Below are positions 10,701 through 22,413 of a stretch of 32,803 nucleotides of DNA, piece by piece. The stretch is from Asterionella formosa (lineage: Eukaryota). Below the pieces are notes generated by a model. It did no database searches. It had not been told where the DNA came from and saw only the letters and a list, made by a program, of their open reading frames with translations. Each line of letters begins with the position of its first letter. The first letter of the stretch is position 1. Both the position numbers and the translations under genes were made by a program. The DNA is taken from the NCBI GenBank assembly GCA_002256025.1, contig NKIB01000417.1:1-32803 (forward strand), written 5' to 3'.

Positions 10701-11573
10701 CAGTCCATCTCCTCTATATCCAAGCATTCCTTTCGGTGATCCTGGACCAGCATCTGGATCTTTGAATAATGGGTATAAGCCCTTCTTGGTAGCAAACAAA
10801 TACCGGAGAGGCACTGGTCGCCCGCCTCTCGCCTCGACCAACACTGTCTTTCTTCCAGTGACACTTTCCATCCACTTGGCAAGCTCTAGAGCGTTTGGAA
10901 GAGTCGCAGAGAGACCAACCAGTTGTGTATGTGCAGGCGACGTAATGACACACTCTTCCCAGACACCTCCGCGTCCTGGTTGTCCCATATAATGGAACTC
11001 GTCCAACACAACTACAGCGTTGGATGCTAGCTCGTCGTCAAGGACGAGGGCACCATCTTGGATAGCGCTTGAACGCCAAGCCATGTTCCGATATACTTCT
11101 GTTGTCATTACTGACACTTGAGCACCTCGGTTGATTGACATGTCTCCAGTGGACAGCCCGACGCTGGATTTTCCGAAAATCTGGCGCAGCTCAACAAACT
11201 TTTGGTTCGACAGGGCTTTTAACGGAGTCGTGTAGATAGAGTTTAATCCAGTCTCGCGTGCAATATGGACGGCCATTTCTCCCACTACAGTCTTGCCCGC
11301 TCCTGTTGGAGCGCAGACAATAACATTATGGCCTTTGCAAACTTCTCCGCCAGCTTGTAGCTGCCAGTCGTCGAGAGGGAAGGAGAAATGATGACTTAAT
11401 CTGGCTTTACCCAACTCAATGGAGTCAAACTCGTCAGTATAAGTAGCCCTTTGCCTAGTTGTGATACGGCGATGGTTGACGGCTGACCGGATGCTGTGCG
11501 CGAGCGACACAAATGCGGAGTCAACTCCTCTGAAAAGCAGGCAAATCCCTGCGATGGACAGGAGACTCTTCAT
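7785..11573 (-). CDS. ISE2: Plastid-targeted Ski2-like DExH RNA helicase (ISE2-like)
   Basis: APTGAGKT, YTTPLKALSNQK, DEFH, SAT, HHAG, ATETLAAGINMPA, QMAGRAGRRG and a DSHCT-like C-terminus. Signal peptide ends VDSA-F. Intronless, 1262 aa. Confidence 0.88.
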   Translation of the reverse strand: MKSLLSIAGICLLFRGVDSAFVSLAHSIRSAVNHRRITTRQRATYTDEFDSIELGKARLSHHFSFPLDDWQLQAGGEVCKGHNVIVCAPTGAGKTVVGEMAVHIARETGLNSIYTTPLKALSNQKFVELRQIFGKSSVGLSTGDMSINRGAQVSVMTTEVYRNMAWRSSAIQDGALVLDDELASNAVVVLDEFHYMGQPGRGGVWEECVITSPAHTQLVGLSATLPNALELAKWMESVTGRKTVLVEARGGRPVPLRYLFATKKGLYPLFKDPDAGPGSPKGMLGYRGDGLVPPGKTNKKTGFGATEQDAAKDELPKGLHVNPILKASSEKRLQAINDAIDRLKLQSISSDNDRSQRSSTRERWVKRGPMTARDELRERDRLLKKELRKAVPSLAILLQRLKQKDLLPAILFIFSRAGCDEAATSVCQQMKGGSEESASTDVEFDSYSEQEQNEGDGRKRGTRKRSRRSQERLMNDSEGRTFRKSSNYVDDDTLASFFDDSVRGSDVEFDDSSPLSQKNWEFCSFKGLLSYDEVRQVANRVSDFNEANKEIAFDDGTVEEFLFGVGSHHAGMLAAHKAFVEKLYRDQLMKVVFATETLAAGINMPARTTCICAMAKRGESSSMNLLETSNLLQMAGRAGRRGMDTDGTCVLVATPFEGHDEAALILTSEIKPINSQFSPSYTLAVNLLARGAGKLDIAQQLVQKSFAMWQKRQVEKSDVSVVKEEVMEGLAAASHGQFMKVVADSFQEKIEQSNSNFDLSYLQLMLEILDDRKKLRKASRSFIGLTEQLEMQKQIMTYLEQEKIDLRFASTEEDNVLQDLFNEDMSDIEMQKDAQKTRILSVTTEISKHPFYIMAAYINKIANEMSSRSQFLTDSLDNARNSLDPRPIKGTPLVPEELTVFAKSFITTTKKKRNLLSSMGDNEFIDKATDDRLIRDSTWNDMLSLTKVLVSYGCLTTTCGWNLNKDDDDALEVETFEITAAGTNIGMLAFDNTLWALVGMGGAWDVVGASAQLDVFRDKMKAFGSRDDDWDEYDDVHDLPSSQTEAIEAATIDTSIAQKEAEVLIDCLRELTPFELAGYVACLVSEGGRRNGPSSVIESFQRFSPAQQRAIQASLATAERLVEVQKQCGVEESQSRCELELSTCEVVTAWAGGCSWSDALLISGAAPGDLARMLGRVLDALRQYSKLHFTPVRANIGQKTVVSPGIHPEVRRLCLEAAKSINRYPVKDPLPFDTDDDDDISDNLDLDEEDENIYSGEMSEIS

Positions 11574-12685
11574 TTGACTTGAACAAATACAATGGAAATG
11601 GATCCTTGAAGAAAGATTTCTAACGGATGGAGTTTGACGAGTAATAGGGCTTTGCTCCGGTGCTCATCGCTGGGAGTCAAGTATATTCGAAGGAGAGCAA
11701 GTTCTGTGACAATTTCGTTCCAATCGCTTACGACGATGATGGATTTTGGACCATTTATTAATAAATAAATATACATCTCAAGGATAATTCCGGTAGACTC
11801 GGTTACCGGTAGTACGTATTTGCTACATCATAGGAGTAGTTCATATTCAGCATGGGAAAATGAACAAGAGGACGAATACCCGGTAGACGGTATGTGGTAC
11901 TGCAAACCATGATATAATAATACCGGTAGCATCAGTGGTGATCATTGGCTATCACGACGTGTCACGAGAACTGTGGACTCTACCTGAGTCCAATGAGTCT
12001 AATGGTGCATCACCGTGTCAAGAAAAAGCTTGCTATTGTTAAAAAGCAATGACTGACATTGATTTTCACATCAACGGGACATATCATGTAGGTTGATGAC
12101 AACAAAAGGGAACAACAATCCCTGGATACAAGGTTCCCATTGAGGGGTCAAGGTAAAAACCGGAGGTAGCAAAAACTCTACTGGTAGGCAAGAACAACAA
12201 CCAATACCTACCGGTAGTACATACCGGTAGCAGCAGAAGGTAACAACTGCTATGTATTAGTATTACTAATAGTCTACTGCATGTACGATCTAATAATAAG
12301 TGACGGAAGGAGTCCGGTACTTGTGAAGATTTGCTTTTGAACTACACACCCGTATGATCTACGAATTTTTTGTACCAGGTACCTGGTATCATAATTTCAA
12401 GAGGGGTACAACAAATTGTACTCTGAAATGTAGTGAAGTGCATATCTATCCTATGATTCCCACAGTACTAGTAAATATAAATTTTGATTCATACTAAACA
12501 ATGTGAAGTGAAGCCTCGAAGGTCCATCAAATCAAGCCGGATTTAACGTCTGGTATATTTACAGGTAAAAAGACGACGACAGGCGCCTCTATACTCAAAT
12601 TGTATGCAATACATTATTCAGGATCATTCTGTTCAACCCATTGTCGTGAGCATTGCCAGTGTTACGCCTCTTCCTTCTATTGACC

Positions 12686-14319
<1,634 letters not shown>

Positions 14320-14320
<1 letters not shown>

Positions 14321-14396
14321 ATTATTACTGTGAATGTGCAAGGACAAAGTGCCTTGGATTATTGCTGTGAATGCAAGGACAACGTGCCTTGATTAA
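14320..14396 (+). repeat. ~36-bp direct duplication at the start of the tubulin 3' UTR
   Basis: GATTATTRCTGTGAATG..CAAGGACAAxGTGCCTTG occurs twice in tandem. Confidence 0.8.
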
Positions 14397-14716
14397 GCAC
14401 CGATGAAATTTGGTTACAAAAGGACCTAACTGAGATTCCTCCGATAACTCTGGCATGCAGGAACTACCAGGGTTTGAAAGATAGCTTAATTGTGCATTCT
14501 CAAATGGTTATGTAGAAGAAGCAGATATGCTTTGAACGAAGATTGATCCATAACAACATCGACACTTTCATAGTTGATGTCTTTTTGCAGTAGGAATAGT
14601 GTGACGAGGAAGCATTTGTTTATTTTATGCTCACTCAAAGTGAGGCTTTTTAGATAATGAAGTTATAAGGTGCTCTTGGGTGTCAATATCTCTGGTCGAC
14701 AGTGAAGATACTAGGA

Positions 14717-15466
14717 TTAGCCTCTCAAAAATCCTCCCTTGCCATTTGGCTTGTCAATTCTAATGACTTTGAGATTGAAAAGCAGGGTTCGGTCTACCCG
14801 AGGGTTCTCTAACACGAAGTTGAGGGCCCGTTCACCACTAAAGGTGGTAGGCTTTGGTCCCACGCGATCATGGGTAGCATCATCGGTTGGATAGGATAAG
14901 TCACCGTAAGGAACGACGACCTGTCTTACACCACCTGGTTTCATACCAACCAGACCCTCCTCAACTGCCTTAATGACTCCTCCACTACCAATAACTGTTC
15001 TCAGATAATCCACGTCCTTGTCAAAGGCGCCACCTTTTGGTCCCCCTTTTGCTTGAAAAGGGCGCCCAAAGTAGCCAATAGTGTAACCCGACCAGTCGTA
15101 GACGACACGGTCGCCGAGCTGGGCGCCTTCGCCCTTTCCTGCAGTGACATCACGAAAGCGCCAACCAGACTTGGATTCCGTAAAATCTTCATACTCTTGC
15201 ACAAACTTGGGTGCATACATGCTATCGGAATCTTCGGCAACAGCGAGAGCAGGAAGCGTAGCAATGAGAGATATCACTCCAGAAAGACAGGACCTTCTGG
15301 ACAAATCAGCATGTCTTGTATTGTCTTTTAACTGCATTGACATCGTTGTCAATATTGAACCTCCAGAAGGAAACCTTGATGAAGTGAACGCATTGGAGTT
15401 ATGCGCAAGGGATAGCAACAGCAGCAGCACCGTTGTTCGAGTCATGATCCGTTTGATGAAGGTCAT
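14717..15466 (-). CDS. FKBP19: Thylakoid-lumen FKBP-type peptidyl-prolyl isomerase, FKBP19-like
   Basis: VVYDWSGYTIGYFGRPF, KGGAF, GPKPTTFSGERALNFVL and DRTLLF resemble plant FKBP19. Signal peptide ends SNA-F, followed by SRR and a hydrophobic AVA Tat signal. Start is ATG 15466 or 15445. Confidence 0.88.
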   Translation of the reverse strand: MTFIKRIMTRTTVLLLLLSLAHNSNAFTSSRFPSGGSILTTMSMQLKDNTRHADLSRRSCLSGVISLIATLPALAVAEDSDSMYAPKFVQEYEDFTESKSGWRFRDVTAGKGEGAQLGDRVVYDWSGYTIGYFGRPFQAKGGPKGGAFDKDVDYLRTVIGSGGVIKAVEEGLVGMKPGGVRQVVVPYGDLSYPTDDATHDRVGPKPTTFSGERALNFVLENPRVDRTLLFNLKVIRIDKPNGKGGFLRG

Positions 15467-15623
15467 GATGAGAAAAACCGGTAATGAAAGTGGGAAGAGT
15501 ACGTTGTCGGGGCACAAAGCAAGTACGTAACATGAAATTCAAAAAACATAAAAAATTTATACGCACATATCTAACATGGCTGTGACTGTTTCCGCAGAAA
15601 ACAAAGCTATTTATTTTATTTTG

Positions 15624-16121
15624 CTTGAGGTTGTGGCACTGGCTTAACCCTAGTTTGGAGTGAAACATGACTAGGGTTGTAAAGTTGCCATGGAAGAGGG
15701 AATTTGTTTCTGTGTATGGCCATGATGCAGCCAAGTATCTTTCTAAATATTTAAACTAAGTAGAAATTTGGTGCCAAATTGATAAAGTTCCATTTCAAAC
15801 AAAATGAAGATGTTTATGTTACATCCACATTGCTCAATGTAGATAAAATTTTGTTCCCTGCCAGAGCACCACATGCATAGCTATACATACTACCATGAAC
15901 ATATAATCAGCCTGCATCTACTATATAATCTTGGTTCTCCTTTGAGAAACAAAATAACATTAAACAGCGCATCAATCAACCATGAGTTCTGTTGCATCTC
16001 CCCTAGTGAATGAATCTCCTCTTCCATAGAATCATGTTTCATGCCCTACTTGTACTATTGATCATGCCATTGTTGAGTCAGAAGTTAAAGGCTGTGGGAA
16101 TTGCATCTTCTGTGAATGATG
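15624..16121 (+). repeat. Dispersed repeat copy A (similar to 21997-22413)
   Basis: Collinear shared blocks: TAGTTTGGAGTxAAACAT, ACTAGGGTTGTAAA, GGGAATTTGTTT, GAATCTCCTC, GGCTGTGGGAATTGCATCTT. Confidence 0.85.
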
Positions 16122-16123
16122 AC

Positions 16124-16266
16124 AGGAGCTAACTTCTGGAGAGAAAGTGCATGCAGTTATCCATAGTAGATTTTTTGTAATGCTTGATAGCCCCTTTTTG
16201 ACTATTTTTAGGATAGCTACGATTCCAAAAATGATAACTGCACTTTCTCTCCAGAAATTAGGTCCT
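16124..16266. mobile_element. 143-bp MITE with ~34-bp terminal inverted repeats
   Basis: Left end AGGAGCTAACTTCTGGAGAGAAAGTGCA(TGCA)GTTATC; reverse complement of right end AGGACCTAATTTCTGGAGAGAAAGTGCAGTTATC. Flanks are CA / TA, possibly a decayed TA TSD. Confidence 0.75.
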
Positions 16267-16554
16267 TACCATATCTATATATAGAATATACACTTAAGTC
16301 GACTAATGATTGTATCTAAGCATATGAAAAGTGGTCGTATTGGTGGAAGCTAATTCTACCTTCAACTATTTTATTTAGTCATACATAAGCGTGGATTGAG
16401 GTACATCACATGAATATTTTGGTGAAATACAGATTTTTTCTAATTTTCCAGTTATGACTACTGTTTGTATGACAAAGTTGTTCTTGATGTTGCGCCGGAT
16501 ACAACATACCTAGTCGTCGATTAGGTCTTGTGCTTTAGATAATCAGATAAATGT

Positions 16555-18295
16555 GTCGGAAAGTAGCGATCGGTCCGAAAGTGGCAAAAAAATATTATAC
16601 AATTGAGCCGGCATCTCCCGGAAATAAAAATAGAAATTTGTGTAGAAAACTTAATATCTAATATATATTTAGTTGCATTTAACCACCATGGACCATGTAC
16701 TGTAGCAGTAAATGAATCAACTAGTCACTCTTGATAAATGCAATATTTCTTGAAGGCCAAAAAATGGAGCCATATTTTGATGTCAGAGAACATAATTCAC
16801 AGCAGAAATCGCTTCCGACACACCACAAAATGAAGCAAATCGCAGCCATCTCATTAAAAGCGATGAAACCTTCAACAAGAAAACAACCTCGACCATCCAA
16901 AAAGTACAAGGTGATACCTTATTCTTTGGATAAGACTGCAGTGTTACTTATTTGAAAATATAAAGTGATGGAATTAGAAACTTTAAAGTCAAATAACAAT
17001 GGCAAACTACTATACTACGGTGCAATATCGAATATTGTTGCATCGAAGGCAGCTACATTTGCTTGGCTAACAATACCTATGGTCCAGTACTATTTACAGA
17101 AGCTAAATCAGGCGGGAAAGCAACTAATTCACTAGTGCAATTACCTGCTGCGATGGCACTAAATGATTCACAGTTGGTGGCAGGACATACCTCATCAATT
17201 TCTACCCTTACAACAAATTCAAGTTTAAATATCCAACTCACGAATGCAAGAGAGACTTACTTACCCATAAGGAAAGGCGCCATTCTGCATTTTCTGTTGA
17301 AAAGGATAACATTGTTGATCTGGTGTCAAAAGCTTTGGAAGAATCCTTTGACCATATCGCTACAAACCAAAAAGATGTTGCTGAGCAAGGTTGGTTCCAT
17401 TGAACTTCAAATTGTAGTTCCATTCGGAAATTCAACTGACAATTATCAAATCTGCAAACAGAATCAAACAATAATCAACCAGTCTCTTTTCATTTCCCCA
17501 TCCAGACTAAACTTGCGCCAAGGCATCACTGAAACCTTGATGATCAGGTCGTACAGTATCGCAATCATGAGGATGCTAGAAACGGAATAAATCTCGACAA
17601 ACTTGCCCAAGAACGGATAGAAATAGCACTAAGGGCGATCGCAAGCAATAAACGACACACATCCAGTCTTCATGTTGCTGCAGGCAGGTACTTGTCGGGT
17701 TCTGAAGTGGGTAATGATCAGCTGAAAAAGGAATAGGCATGCAGAAGAAGTGCAGAGTGAGCGAGAGAATAAAAAAAGATGCACACATGGCGCTTGCAAA
17801 CAAGGTTTACGCGATCAGAACTCTTAACAAACAGACTGCGCACAGAGTGGACAGTGGTGCAAACGAAAACAATGGCAACATGGTGCAAGCAAGCAGGTGA
17901 TCTTCCATTACCAACAACAAAGCAACTTCTACTTTACAGATATCATGGCACCATCATGTGTGGTTACACTGTAGTACCAGTTGCAACTGCAATGGCGCCA
18001 CTTCCTCACCCTTTGGTTGCTCCTATCATATGACTAGATATGACAGGAGGACCACCAGTCTAAGAGCAAGTGATGCAACGACTAGCTACTGGCTGCGAAA
18101 AAAAAATGCGAGGAGTCTTTGATGGAACCAACACGATAGAATGGGAACGCCACCATTATAAGAACGATGCAACTACTGCGAAAAAATATGCAAACAATAT
18201 TATACTTTCTAACGTTGCCTTTAAAAATAACTACATGTATGGTAAAATTTTAATCAATGAGTTTGTGCCACTTCGACCAGTTTGGTCACTTTAAA
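16555..18295 (+). mobile_element. Internally deleted, decayed pogo-like DNA transposon
   Basis: Frameshifted blocks NNGKLLYYGAISNIV..AWLT, DNIVDLVSKALEESF..TNQKDVAEQGWF-LNF, RLNLRQGI and WCKQAGDLPLPTTKQLLLYRY. Weak inverted ends GGTCCGAAAGTGGCA (~16572) / TGCCACTTCGACC (~18267). No DDE core visible. Confidence 0.55.
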
Positions 18296-18495
18296 AATGG
18301 ATAGATCGCTCTCAGTTGATATATGTTCAAGTAAAAAATGATCTAGTTCTCATGTAGCTAAATGAAGCAACTAATATCGTGCCAAAGGGCGAAAGAGGGG
18401 ATCCATTTTAGCATATTCTAGAATTAGTCTAAAAAAATAATGTAAAAAAATGGCTCAAAGCCATTTATAACTGGTACCAGGGGTACCAGCAGGTA

Positions 18496-20423
18496 GCAAT
18501 TCCAGCTCCAGCTATCGTCTTGCCATTTGGGTACTTCTAAGTAATTTTTAGGCTCTAAGTAATTTAGTAATTTCTTAAGTAATTTTTATTTAACGGCAAT
18601 ATACGGAACATCGAATTTTTTGGCAATAAAATTGCCGATTTTAGCATTACAACCAGAATAACGGTAATATGCATAGAGATGGTACAACAAGCAAAAAACA
18701 CACGAGAATGATTGTAACATGAAACATCAATGAAAATTGAAGATGTTGTTTGGAGCAAACAAAGTATGAAATGCGATGAAATGAGTAGCATCAAATGAGA
18801 AATAGAAAAAATTGTTTGGGGTTAGAAATGAAGTTAAAAATAGAAATTTCAATGGAGACGTATGCATTGTGAATCATTGTAGTACTTACACAGGCAACAT
18901 TGACTTTCCATCACCACACAATCGAATTCCGAAAGAAGAAGGGAAAAGCTGAACCCAATTTAGACCTGCATCGTTATGTAGCATAAATGGTCTGGTTGCT
19001 GCAACCATGCGCATCGTTGTAGTAGCCTGACACCAGTAGCAGTATTTCCGCCACAGTCATTCCTCTCCGCCCACCAAACAAGCAACCCTGATCATTTCAT
19101 TCTGAGCAAGCGTGATTGCCACGCTGCTCCAGCACTATTGACTCTCTCTAGCTGAGTATTCCTGTAGCTTCTGATACGAACTCGTAGTAGAAATGTAGCA
19201 AAGCGCGTTAGTACAAAATAAGCATTGCTTGGCGGCAATATTGACATCATTGTCAACGACTATACAAATCAACAAATAAGATCAACAACGGCACAATACC
19301 ACATCTTCAATGAGTAGTCATTCATAAACGCATTGGTTCTTATGTAGATAGGTGCAATCGAAACAAAACGACAGTGCGTAACGACAAACAACGATGGAAG
19401 CGACCAAATCAAACCACGGAAGCAATCAAATCGGAAAGTCAATAAATACGATCTACAATCCACATTCAGTATTTCACTGTTGTACTCACTGATCCGCTTC
19501 AACTAGCATAACAAGCAGCAGACGATGGGATAAAAGAAAGATGAACGTTGCCTATTGCAAGCCCGAATAGAGCAAAGGCAGGCAAGATAGAGTGAGAACT
19601 ATATTTGTGAGGACGAAATCGGGCATACAGTACCTGGTACGTAAAATCCATGAATATGTGAACGATATAATTCAACATTTCAGGTCTCGTAAAAATAATT
19701 CTGAGTCTATTACGTGTTCAAAGTAAGTGTTAAAGCATAGCTTAAACCATGCATGGTTGTTTTTAGTACCTGGTACCACATACATATGTAGACTAGATGA
19801 CTGCCGGTACTGGCAGAATATCCGTTAAGCATCATTACATACATGACCGGAGCAAAAACTTGCCACCAACATTAGATGTATCGATATCATCATTCGTCCA
19901 ATGAAATATGGACAATGCAACTAAATGAATGCCTCGAGAAGAGAAGACAAGCATTCCAATAATCAACCGCATCTGTTAGGCAAAGAATCGCTACTGGCGT
20001 CATCGCAGAACTGATTTCGCTTCAAACCAGTCATGATGGATGATGATTGGCATGGTGAAAGGTGAATTGCCGGAGTCCACTTTTGAGGCGACGAACAAAA
20101 TCGAGGTGAATTCTAGATATAAATTATTAAAATCTGTATAGTATATAAAATAGTTTCCTTAAGTAGACCCCTTGCCAATTTCGGCAATCCCGGGGCTGGA
20201 AAACCGAGGGGCAATTGGCGTCTGTTGTCTTCCGAAAATGCGAAGATAGGAAATGTACAAAATATATTTAATGATGGGCAATATCGGACCCATTGCAAAT
20301 ATGGAGGTGAAGATAGGAAATATGCAAAATTAATTTATATCATGGGCAATAGTAGTTTAAAATTGACATTTATGTGGGCAGTAGGTAAGGGAACGACGCG
20401 ACGATAGCTGGAGCGGGAATTGC
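18496..20423. repeat. 24-bp inverted repeat pair (18496-18519 / 20400-20423) enclosing 1.9 kb
   Basis: GCAATTCCAGCTCCAGCTATCGTC versus reverse complement GCAATTCCCGCTCCAGCTATCGTC (1 mismatch). GGCAAT motifs and short tandem sub-repeats lie near both ends. No TSD seen. Confidence 0.75.
18890..19620 (-). ncRNA. Candidate spliced lncRNA or micro-ORF gene
   Basis: Donor GTGAGT at 19489, branch point TACTAAC at 19213-19207, acceptor CAG at 19173-19171 (or 19164-19162), second donor GTAAGT at 18889. Only short ORFs in the predicted exons. Transcription is inferred, not shown. Confidence 0.4.
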
Positions 20424-20902
20424 CTGAACAATACCCTTCTCGGCGGCTACTTGCCTTCTCGTACATTCCCGGCGCCACTCGTACGGTCAACCTACTCGCG
20501 CCACCCAGCCTCGAACATGTACCGGTATACTCGCAGGCAAGAGACCACCTCGGGCGTGTATTGCCTTCAGCAGGTATACCAGGTACGAAGCAAAATTTTC
20601 TCCGGAGATAGCTTTTGTCACTTCTGTCAGCTAGCTACCGTATGATAGGTAGTGGTTTGTTTTACATGGACTCCGCCCCTTTTGAAATTGATCCTGAGAG
20701 AATTCATGACGTACATGTTTGGTACATACTCTGATATTCGTCTGTACGTTGGCTTGCCATATCAAACCCTCAATGAGATGAATACCAGTACGGTCCCAGG
20801 TACCAGGGTACCGGTACCTGTATCTAATTTACCGGAAGACCTTCTGACACCAAGTTACATCTTGGTGCCTCATTCAGCCTCCCTTGTTGTGAAATCTGAG
20901 CA

Positions 20903-21898
20903 ATGCGATTCCTACACCCTCTCCTCCCCGCCATAATATTCAGCTCAGTCTCGTGTTGGACAAGCCAAAGCTCCATTAAAAGGCAAAATGAATTTACACT
21001 GACGTGCTTGCATGCCGAATCGAATAATAGAAGAACTTTTTTTGGATCAGCTGTTAGTACAGTTGCTTTGTGCTTGCCTTTGTCTGCCAATTCATTGGTT
21101 AAGGGTGTATCTCCTCCCTCGAAAAGTAAGCCTGTTAGTGGCAAACCATCATGTACAAACGTCGAAGAATGCCAAGCCATGGCGGAAATCCGTGAACAAG
21201 AGCAACGAGAAATTCAAGACGAGGGTCCGCCACCGAAAGTAACTGCAGCAGGTACAAAGTATCGAGATATTGAAAATGGCGACGAACTCAAGGGTGTAGT
21301 AAAGAAAGGTGACGATGTTACAATATATTTCAAAGTGTTGAAATTGGGGAAGAGGTCATATGATGGTCTAAGTGGGGAGGGTACTGTTGTCTTTTCGAGA
21401 GGTGAGTAAAACGTTTGCATTCGTCGGTGTTCAGTTCTTCTGAATTTTCCTTTTCGTTCGAACCAAATCACTCAACTATGTTTCAAAATAGGCTATGGTT
21501 TGGAGGACGATGAAAAAGCACCAGGCACTAAATCATTTTCAACCACGGTTGGTAACTACCAGAATGTTGCTGCATTGAATGACGCACTTCTTGGTATGAA
21601 TGTTGGAGGCCTCCGTCGATTTGCGATTACACCCCAGAAGGGATGGGAGCGACCAACAAAATTATGTGATGGTGGTCCAGGTGGAAGTGGAGCTGGTGGA
21701 GATCTGAAAACCGATTATGTGGTAGTGCCGACTGCAACAATGGTGGCGACAGAGTCTTGCTTTGATCAGACCAAGATTCCCTTTCCAACAACCTATGCAC
21801 AGCAACGCCGAATGGCGCAGCGATTTGATCAGTCATTGATTATGGAAGTTAATGTTGTGGAAATTGCTACAATGGGAGCTTTGGGAAGTGTTGAATAG
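20903..21898 (+). CDS. Thylakoid-lumen FKBP-like protein, 2 exons (20903-21401, 21492-21898)
   Basis: Intron GTGAGT (21402)...ATAG (21491) joins VFSR-G-YGLEDD. FKBP motifs GTKYRDI, KKGDDVTIYF, ALLGMNVGGLRRFAITPQKGW. Signal peptide followed by RRTFF..ANS Tat signal. Confidence 0.85.
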
Positions 21899-21996
21899 TA
21901 CATTCTCTTGAATTCTTGCTACACCAATACTGGTAGGTCTTGGTTGGTTCCTTCCTTGGCATAACCAGTACTAATTTTTATCCCTAATCTGCTACC

Positions 21997-22413
21997 CTTA
22001 AGGTTGCAACCCCAACTTAACTGTAGTTTGGAGTAAAACATCACTAGGGTTGTAAAATTGGCAGGGAACAGGGAATTTGTTTATGTGAATTTCCATGATT
22101 CAAGAATCTTTTTGAAAATTTAAATTGTACAGTAATTGGTGCAAGATCGATATAGTGCCATTTCAGTGAAAATAAAGACATTTATGTTTATCTACAGTGC
22201 TTGATGTAGATATAATTTTTGCTGCCTTCCTAAACACAAATAGATATATCAGCAGGAGGATGTAGTTATCTACTTCTACATATATAATCCTGATTATTCA
22301 GTTGATGAATCTCCTCAACCATACAATAATGTTCCATGTCCTACTTGCATTGCTCATGTCATTGTTGAATCAGAAGTTGCAGGCTGTGGGAATTGCATCT
22401 TATGTGAATGCTG
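21997..22413 (+). repeat. Dispersed repeat copy B (similar to 15624-16121)
   Basis: Same collinear blocks as copy A, same orientation, with an internal length difference. Confidence 0.85.

Noticed and set aside
18951..18969. AACCCAATTTAGAC resembling RNase P RNA CR-V
   Set aside because: No upstream CR-I (GGAAxxTCT) partner; most of the upstream region lacks CT altogether.
19085..19130. CCTGATC / GATCATTTC / CTGAG resembling a TPP riboswitch or U3 box A
   Set aside because: Motif order is wrong for TPP, and the remaining U3 boxes are absent.
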